A DNA stretch of 64,000 nt from Eledone cirrhosa (lineage: Eukaryota). Positions 56,303-64,000 of this stretch are shown in pieces. The stretch covers positions 33,418,001-33,482,000 of the forward strand of contig OZ024757.1 in the NCBI GenBank assembly GCA_964016885.1, written 5' to 3'. A program made the translations under genes and the position numbers. How positions within the stretch are numbered: the stretch's first letter is position 1; the number at the start of each line of letters is the position of its first letter. Below the pieces are notes generated by a model, which worked only from the letters and a program-made list of their open reading frames with translations, ran no database searches and was not told where the DNA came from.

Positions 56303-57100
56303 CATCGGCATCAAACCTATAGAGTGCAAGTCGGAGATCACCTTCTGTCGAGTTAAGTAACCCCATATCATATGCACACTCCAGCCGACTGATTTTACAC
56401 CTGTCAGTCGTGATACCACTTCAAATTCGGCTGCGCATATCAATTCTGTTCATGAAAATGATAAACAGGAGAGGTGACAGTACGCACCCTTGGCGGAGTC
56501 CGACCCTCACATTGAATGGTTTCCACGATTTTTCGAAGACTTGCCGCACTGTGAATATTTGGTCGGCTCTTATGACCTCAGCCATCGAGAGATTAGTTAC
56601 AGCTCCCATATGCACCTCCTGTACATGAGAAGATGTGATCGGGTTTAGATCAGCAAAGTATTCTCTCCACCTCGCGAGGATGCACCTCTCTGAAGAGAGG
56701 AGAACCGTGGATGCGTTCCTGATAGCAGGTGTGGAGGAAGACTTCTTATTATGAAGTCATCGGATGGTCTGCCAGAACACTTTATTTTGCTTCGATACCA
56801 TGGGCATGTGACTAGAATGTCTCAGGAAAGAATCGCTCGACAGATTTTACGGGCCAAACCAACCGACAGGAGATCCAGGGGTAGCCCCCGAGCAAGGTGG
56901 TTGGATTACATCCATAGGCTCGGCTAGTCACGTTTGAGGATCAAGCCGGATCAGTTGGAGACGGTTGTTTCAGACAGGACCCGCTGGAAGGACTGTTAAG
57001 AGGACTCTGCACCCACGACCCTCTCAAGAATAAGTGGGCGAAGAAGAAGAAGAAGAAGAAGAAGAAGAAGAAGAAGAAGAAGAAGAAGAAGAAGAAGAAG
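56303..57100. mobile_element. RTE insertion with inverted 5' part (56303-~56785 -) and sense 3' end with (GAA)n tail (~56795-57100 +)
   Basis: Minus: DQIFTVRQVFEKSW / VGLRQGCVLSPLLFIIFM RT motifs; plus: RRSRGSPRARWLD and (GAA)n. Confidence 0.8.
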
Positions 57101-57986
57101 ATCTTTATTGCATCTCCAATCTTGGTAGTGTTTTTACAAACCAGCTACAGCATGTCCTCTCTCTCTCTCTCAGAATGGTAGTTAAAGAGTTAAACTAACG
57201 ATTAATGGTATGCCACATAGCTACTTTATATCTATAGATACTTTGTATCTATAACACCGATGTAAAACCTTCGACACGACACACTACACTTTATATAAAT
57301 ATATCTAACACGATGAAGGCTATGGGAATTAAATGGTGAGACGTTAATGGTGTCAATGGTGAAGAAAATTAATTTATGAGAGAAAGAGTGAGCGAGAGAG
57401 AGAGAGAGAGAGAGATAAAGAGAAAGAAAACGAGACTTTATTTTTTAAATTAAATTTTAAAAGCAATTAATTCTGTTTTAATTCGAAAACAGATTTTTTA
57501 TACTAAATATTTGCAAATTATTATACTAAATATTTGTAAAATAAAGTTTTTTTTTTTAAAAGAAGAAAAAATGGCGGTGACATGAGAAAGGAAACCTTTT
57601 CTCAGGGGAGGTAATTAAATATTGCAATAGCTAAAACTGGAAATATTATCTCTGAATATGGACCTATAATGTTGGAAATGTTAAGATGTACTTCTTTTGA
57701 GGTCAAACTGTTTCAACAAATATAAGAAAAGTCGAACAGAGTCGTGATTTTGATAACACACACACACACATTTATATAAATAGAATTATGTTTTTCTTTA
57801 AATGTATTCTTTGCTTAAATATGAGAAAAATCGAACGTAGTCGTGTTTTTAATAGCATACACACACATACACGCACATATATATAGACACATGCGTAAGT
57901 TCGCCTTCCTCAAGTGACAGTTTTTTTAACCTGTTTCTTTCTCTTTTTCGTCTATCTTTCTATTTTTCCTTCCACCTCCCACTCTA

Positions 57987-58022
57987 TCTTTTGATGAAAG
58001 ATTAACGTCCGAAACGTTAAGG
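57987..58022 (+). ncRNA. Degenerate minimal hammerhead (C3U), same family as 46716, ~115 nt upstream of NOX4 exon 2
   Basis: TCTT-TTGATGA-A-AGAT-taac-GTCC-GAAA-CG-TT-AAGG followed by a caagcgtta tail. Confidence 0.6.
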
Positions 58023-58137
58023 CCCTTTTCATACTATATCAAGCGTTACAATGATATATATCAACATTGTATTGCATTGTTCTTCCGCGTTGATTTTACT
58101 TGTTGAGTATTATTTTATTCTGTTGTTTCTTTGTCAG

Positions 58138-58233
58138 ATCCTATGGGCGTTTATCTGTGTTCTGTTATTCCATCGAACCTACAATCGTTATAAATATGAA
58201 CCACGATTCTATTACGTACACCAGATGTTAGGG
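58138..58233 (+). CDS. NOX4: NADPH oxidase 4-like, coding exon 2 (ILWAFICVLLFHRTYNRYKYEPRFYYVHQMLG)
   Basis: ttctttgtcag| ... |gtgagt, 96 nt, phase 0/0; matches NOX4 FIWL..NVLLFWKTF..Y..GPEYHYLHQMLG. Confidence 0.92.
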
Positions 58234-58269
58234 GTGAGTACAGCGTTTTGTTTTGTTGGTTGAATGATG

Positions 58270-58820
58270 TCGTGGTATAGTGTTGGTGTGATGGTGTGGT
58301 GTTGGTGTTGTTGTTGTTGTTGTGGTGGTGGTGGTGGTGGTGTTGGGATGGTGTTGTTGTGGTAGTGGTGGTATTGGTTGTAGTGGTATAGTCGTGGCTG
58401 TAGTAGTGGTATAGTGGTGGCTGTAGTAGTGGTATAGTGGTGGCTGTAGTAGTGGTATAGTGGTAGCTGTAGTGGCATAGTTATGGCTGTAGTGGTATGG
58501 TAGTGACTGTAGTAGTATAGTAGTAGTGGTATAGTGGTGGTGACTGTAGTGGTATGATGGTAGCTGTAGTGGCATAGTTATGGCTGTAGTGGTATGATAG
58601 TGACTGTAGTAGTATAGTAGTAGTGGTGGTGACTAGTGGTATGATGGTAGCTGTAGTGGTATGGTAGTGACTGTAGTAGTATAGTAGTAGTGGTGGTGAC
58701 TGTAGTAGTATAGTAGTAGTGGTGGTGACTAGTGGTATGATGGTAGCTGTAGTGGTATGGTGGTGACTGTAGTAGCAGTGGTATAGTGCTATAGTGGTAG
58801 CTCTAGTAGTGGTGGTGTGA
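58270..58820. repeat. (GTG/GTA)n intronic low-complexity array
   Basis: Direct. Confidence 0.9.
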
Positions 58821-58876
58821 TATTTACTGGAACTGCTATTCTGTCCTAATCATTTGTCTTATGTTTGTTTCTCAAG

Positions 58877-58990
58877 TCAACGCTATGTATATCACGTGGT
58901 TCAGCCTCTGTGATAAACCTCAACTGTGGTCTGGTCCTTCTGCCAATGTGTCGGATTCTGGTCACATCTCTGCGCGGTATACTAAGGAAG
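58877..58990 (+). CDS. NOX4: NOX4-like coding exon 3 (STLCISRGSASVINLNCGLVLLPMCRILVTSLRGILRK)
   Basis: tttctcaag| ... |gtgagt, 114 nt; NOX TM2/B-loop motif SR.SA.V.NLNC.L.LLPMCR. Confidence 0.95.
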
Positions 58991-59107
58991 GTGAGTAGAT
59001 GTTCCAGAATTTTCTATTTATTTTCTTTTTTATCGAGTAAAACATTTATTCGATTCACCATCATACATTTGTCATCGTTATATCATCGTCGTCATCGTCA
59101 TCGTATC

Positions 59108-59352
59108 CATAAATTAGACAGTAAATGTTTAAAATATGATAACAATGATGTTGGGTGTTGCCTTGAAGTTGTTTATAGGTCCTAATATTTCGGGATAAAA
59201 TCCCTTCATCAAAATATTAATAGAAGAAAACTAGTTTCTTCTATTAATTTTTTTATTGAAAGGATTTTATTCCAAAATATAAAGAACTACTGCAAGATCA
59301 CATTTCAACATTATTGTTATAATATTTTAAACATTTACTGTCCAATTTATGA
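59108..59352. repeat. ~120-bp-arm imperfect palindrome in intron 3 containing a hammerhead-like motif (59178-59213 -)
   Basis: Centre tagaagaaaactagtttcttcta; minus: TTGATGA-A-GGGAT-ttt-ATCCC-GAAA-TA-TT-aggac. Confidence 0.75.
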
Positions 59353-59354
59353 AG

Positions 59355-59692
59355 ATCGGCTGACTTTGAAAGAGTGATGCTAGAGCTGTGAATATTTGCA
59401 TGTATTAATTTCAACTCTTCTTATTAATAACTACATTATATCTTTCCTTAGAAAGAAACAATACAGTTATTAATAATAAGAGTTGAAATTAATGCATGCA
59501 ATATTTTGCACTGATAAGAAACAATACAGTTATTAATAAGAAGAGTTGAAATTAATGCATGCAATATTTTGCACTGATAAGAAACAATACAGTTATTAAT
59601 AAGAAGAGTTGAAATTAATGCATGCAAGATTTCACAGTACTAACATCACTCTTTCATAGTAAGCCTATGAACTTTTCTGCCCACTCTTGTAC
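59355..59692. mobile_element. Mariner-like MITE with inverted arms and three 63-bp internal tandem copies
   Basis: Matches 32985-33092; aagaaacaatacagttattaataa recurs at 59452, 59516 and 59579. Confidence 0.75.
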
Positions 59693-60754
59693 ATTGTGAT
59701 AGCTTTCAAACAAAACACTAGTTTCTAAAATAAGATAAATAAATATGACTACGATCTCCTTGTGAAAGGATGTTATACATTAACCCTTTAGCATTTACAT
59801 TACTCTATATGCAATTGTCCCCCCGGTACAATTGGTTTAAATAAAAATAGTCTAATTTATTATATTATGTTTTTTATTTAATAAAATGAGTATTGGGGCC
59901 TGTGCCTATTGTATTATAACATGGAGGTTACATTCCTAGAGCACCCGCGAAGAGTGAAAAACCGTGAATATTGAACGTGGTCCATAAAAATACCTATAAA
60001 CGGGAAAATATAATGTAAAATATAAGCCGGCAAATACGGTTTATTGTTATTAATAATTTAGCGTTAATAAGTGTTAAAAAATATATATTGCCATGAAAAA
60101 AGCCATAAAACAATTATGGAAGATATTTACAATTCATCAAATATGCGGTGATTTCCACAAACAATTATTAGTTAGGTTCTTAGGAAAATTCCTCAAATAA
60201 TTGGGGCCGTGAATGTTGGGGGTACACTGTATGCTATTATATTTTCACGGTAAAGGCTTTTCCTCACATAATTATCTCACATAATATCCACTACCCCTAC
60301 CCTAACCTCCCACTCCCACCAACACCACGAGATAATGAGATCAAGATCGTGTAGGTGTCACGACAAAAAAACACACAGTCCACGCTGTAATGTGGTTGTG
60401 TAGGTAACACGGTAAAAAGTTCCCAGTTAAACACTGTAAATGTGGTTGGTGTTAGGAAGGGCATCCAGCCGTAGAAAACCTGCCAGATAGTCCTATATGA
60501 GCGAGACACGGTTACTCGACCAACCTTGCCTCAAGTGGGACAACTCCCGTCTAACCCATGCTAGCGTGGAAGATGGACGTTAAACGATGATGATGATGAT
60601 GAATATCGAATCTGTGAGATTTTGATATCATTTATTTTGAGAACAATACTTTAACATGAGTATAGTTTGGACAGAAAGAGGTGAGAGAATTCTAGCCGGA
60701 TATCGTTGGTTTAAATGTTAAATGTTAATATATGATTATTTTTCTATGTTGAAG

Positions 60755-60839
60755 ATGAGTATGTACACAATGCGGGTGATCATGGATTCATGTAAAGGCT
60801 TTCATATAGCATGTGCTTATGCTATTGTTCTCTCTTCAG
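60755..60839 (+). CDS. NOX4: NOX4-like coding exon 4 (MSMYTMRVIMDSCKGFHIACAYAIVLSS)
   Basis: tttttctatgttgaag| ... CAG|gtaagt, 85 nt, phase 0/1; contains the FH heme-ligand histidine of TM3. Confidence 0.9.
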
Positions 60840-60859
60840 GTAAGTGTCTGCTTATGTTG

Positions 60860-61135
60860 TCTGAGAGGTTAGAGTGAGATGTTGGAGTGAGAGGTTGGAG
60901 TGAGAGTCTGGAGTGAGTGGTTGGAGTGAGATTTTGGAGTGAAAGGTTAAAGTGAGAGGTTGGAGTGAGTGGTTGGAGTGAAAGGTTAAAGTGAGAGGTT
61001 GGAGTGAAATGTCGGAGAATCTTGTGTGAGATATTGAAGTGAAGCACTAGAGTGAGAACCTTCAGTGGGATGTCGGAGTTAGATCTTTGAGTGAGGTGTT
61101 GGAGTGAGATGTTGGAGTGAGATGTTGGAGTGAGA
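60860..61135. repeat. 12-bp degenerate tandem repeat (gttggagtgaga)
   Basis: Direct. Confidence 0.85.
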
Positions 61136-61247
61136 AAATGAAACAAAATAAATGATTGGATTACAACCAAATACTTTGTCTTAGTTCACAGCTGGAGTTA
61201 ATTGTATCATATATCTGTATATATACCAGCTGTTGGTGTGACTTTGG

Positions 61248-61252
<5 letters not shown>

Positions 61253-61307
<55 letters not shown>

Positions 61308-61310
61308 CAC

Positions 61311-61347
<37 letters not shown>

Positions 61348-61348
61348 C

Positions 61349-61399
<51 letters not shown>

Positions 61400-61468
61400 C
61401 ATATATATATACATATATATATATATATACATATATATATACATACATATATATATATATCTACATAC

Positions 61469-61561
<93 letters not shown>

Positions 61562-61574
61562 TATATACATACAC

Positions 61575-61643
<69 letters not shown>

Positions 61644-61675
61644 CATATATACACATATATATACATACATATATA

Positions 61676-61748
<73 letters not shown>

Positions 61749-61760
61749 ATATATACATAC

Positions 61761-61820
<60 letters not shown>

Positions 61821-61975
61821 ATACATATATATATATATATACACATATATATATATATACATACACATATATATATATACATACACATATATACATGCAT
61901 ATATACATACATACACACACATATATATATATATACATACACACATTCACATGCATACATATACATACATGTATG
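61253..61975. repeat. (TA)n/(CATA)n microsatellite
   Basis: Direct. Confidence 0.95.
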
Positions 61976-63608
61976 CCATTTTCTATTGTCTCCCTTATGG
62001 TCCATGTTATCAGTCCCCACCTACTTCATGTCACCCAAGATAAAGACAGTTTCATTGAATCATTTTTGGGGAGGAAGGAAGAAACCCAGTTGCCCTTTAG
62101 AGTGTTAGAATTATTTAAAAGAAAAAAAAAAACTTGCCAAAGGTTACCTTAAGTATGTCAGTAATTCACAGAGAACTTTAATAGAATGACATTAGAACTG
62201 AAGGGAGACAAGAATTTTTACTCAACCAACAACCACTAAGAACATGCTATGATTGTGAAGCATGGCATGGCATGGTTCTGTAACTCCCGAGGAAGTCACA
62301 GAGGTGCTATATTGACATGCAGCATTTTTAGGGCATTTTTAAGACTGGCAGAGCCCAATCCTTTATAAGTCTGAATACAGATTTCTTCCAGAGAAGGATA
62401 GAGAATGAGGGAATGGAAGTTAGAAAGAGACATAGAGGAAATATCGACCCCAGTACTAGACTGGCGCTGTTTTATTGACCTCGAATGGATGAAAGGCAAA
62501 GTTGACGTTGGTGAGATTTGAACTCAGAGAGTAGAGAGCCAAAATAAATACCACAAAGCATTCTATCCAACGTTCTAATCACTCTGCCAATACATCACCT
62601 TCATAATTGCGAATACAAGCAGGCAAAATGGCATTCCTCCAAAGTATCTTAGGTGTAACCTTACTCGTTAGAGTTCATAACTCGGAGAACAGGGAGTTGC
62701 TTCAGGCAGAGCCGCGACTTCTCTGAGTTGATAGATCACAGCTCCAATACTATGGACAAATGGGAAACTAAACTGCTGCATGTTTTAAATGGCAGCATGA
62801 AACCTCCCAAAGTATAAAAGTCTATCTTAAGCCAGAGAGCTCTTAAAGCAATTACATACCTACTTTCAAAACAAAGGACTGAATATTCAAATATTTCCTC
62901 CATGTTTTCATACTCAGAAGCAGGTTTATCATTAAAAAATAAAGTATTATAGAATTCTTATTGTTTTAGCTAAAATATCAGCAACTAAAGTCTGTTTTGA
63001 ACCTGAAGGCTCATCTGGGCGGTGCTTATACCGGTTTCATGGCGTGAAGCGACTGAGAGTACAAGACTCCCCCCTGGACAGGATGCCAGCCTATCGCAGA
63101 GTTAAACCCCCAGCTATTCAGCTATTGCTGGTACTTAATTTCAGTTGAGTATACTGGAACAACATCAAATGAAGAGTTTTTTGCTCAAAAACACAGCATA
63201 CAACCCAACCCAGGAATCGAACCCACGACATTATGATCATAAGTCCAATACCCTTAAATACCCTTACCACTAGGCCATGTGCCTCGATACCCAAAGTATA
63301 ACAATATAAATTTTAATATATATTTCAGACAAGGGTGGTGGATCGGCAGAATTGGTAGAATGTTGGATAAAATGCCATTTCAATATTTGTTCTGTCTCTT
63401 TACATTCTGAGTTCAAATCTCTCTGATCCCAGCTTTGTCTTTCATCCTTCTCGATGCTTCTGCCCACTTTGTCCTTATATAACACACACAGACATACAGA
63501 CACATAGACCTGTTCTCCCTGTTCACTCCCACTTTCCCTTTGTTTCCTTTACACCCCCCTCTCTCTTCTGTTCACTCCTACTCTGTTCTCTCCCTCTCTC
63601 TACTCCAG

Positions 63609-63706
63609 TGATCCACTATATAGCACATGTGATCAATGCCAGGAATTTCTCAATGAATTACAACAGAATCTACACAAATGTGAACGCTGCCAAATACCAA
63701 CATGAA
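63609..63706 (+). CDS. NOX4: NOX4-like coding exon 5 (VIHYIAHVINARNFSMNYNRIYTNVNAAKYQHE)
   Basis: Strong pyrimidine tract ending ctccag| ... |gtgagt, 98 nt, phase 1/0; matches NOX4 VHVAAHLVNALNFSVNY....LNAARYRDE. Confidence 0.95.
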
Positions 63707-63713
63707 GTGAGTT

Positions 63714-64000
63714 ACTGTTGTTGTTGCTATTGTTTTTGTTGCTGTTGCCACTGTTGTTTTTGTTGTTGCTGTAGTTGTTGTTGCTGCACTTGTTGTTGCT
63801 GCACTTGTTGCTGTTGTTGTTAGTTAAACCATGTTCTTGGTGCTACTGTTGTTGTTATTGCTGTTGTTGTTATTGTTGTTGTTGTTGCTGTTGTTGTTGT
63901 TGCTGTTGCCACTGTTGTTTTTGTTGTTGCTGTTGTTGCCGTAGTTGTTGTTGCTGCTGTTGCTGCTGTTGTTATCGTAGTGGTAGGTGTTGTTATTGTT
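63714..64000. repeat. (TGT/TGC)n trinucleotide repeat
   Basis: Direct. Confidence 0.9.

Noticed and set aside
57571-57612. ATGGCGGTGACA (MAVT) as NOX4 exon 1
   Set aside because: Stop at codon 5 and donor in the wrong phase
60825-60845. Recursive splice site (pyrimidine tract-CAG|GTAAGT)
   Set aside because: Explained as the 3' end and donor of NOX4 exon 4 (IVLSS codons)
63610-63705. CxxC..CxxC zinc-ribbon peptide in an alternative frame
   Set aside because: Ends in a stop; the other frame is the clear NOX4 exon

Overview
Very repeat-rich, AT-rich eukaryotic DNA. The dense tRNA-derived SINEs and huge (TA)n/(CA)n/(CAC)n arrays suggest an octopus/cephalopod genome (inference). Almost all ORFs in the supplied track are microsatellite translation artefacts. 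The real host gene is a + strand NADPH oxidase 4 (NOX4)-like gene: four exons (58138-58233, 58877-58990, 60755-60839, 63609-63706) splice in frame through canonical AG/GT sites, and a probable first coding exon at 28917-28976 implies a ~29-kb intron 1. A second, unidentified - strand gene may be represented by small phase-compatible exons (27654-27685, 27124-27177, 25730-25807, possibly 44998-45054 and 19637-19699). The rest is a 5'-truncated CR1-type LINE, many RTE, CRE-like and R4/Dong-like 3' fragments, a non-autonomous Helitron, hAT and mariner MITEs, minisatellites and a mosaic of local duplications and fold-back palindromes (1-15 kb). The most striking unannotated signal is a set of short non-coding elements sitting mostly in (TA)n/(CA)n tracts that carry minimal type-I hammerhead ribozyme motifs of the Penelope-like kind. 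About nine intact-to-degenerate copies from several families occur, some with very long stem II, often in inverted pairs, and two are in sense orientation inside the inferred NOX4 intron 1.
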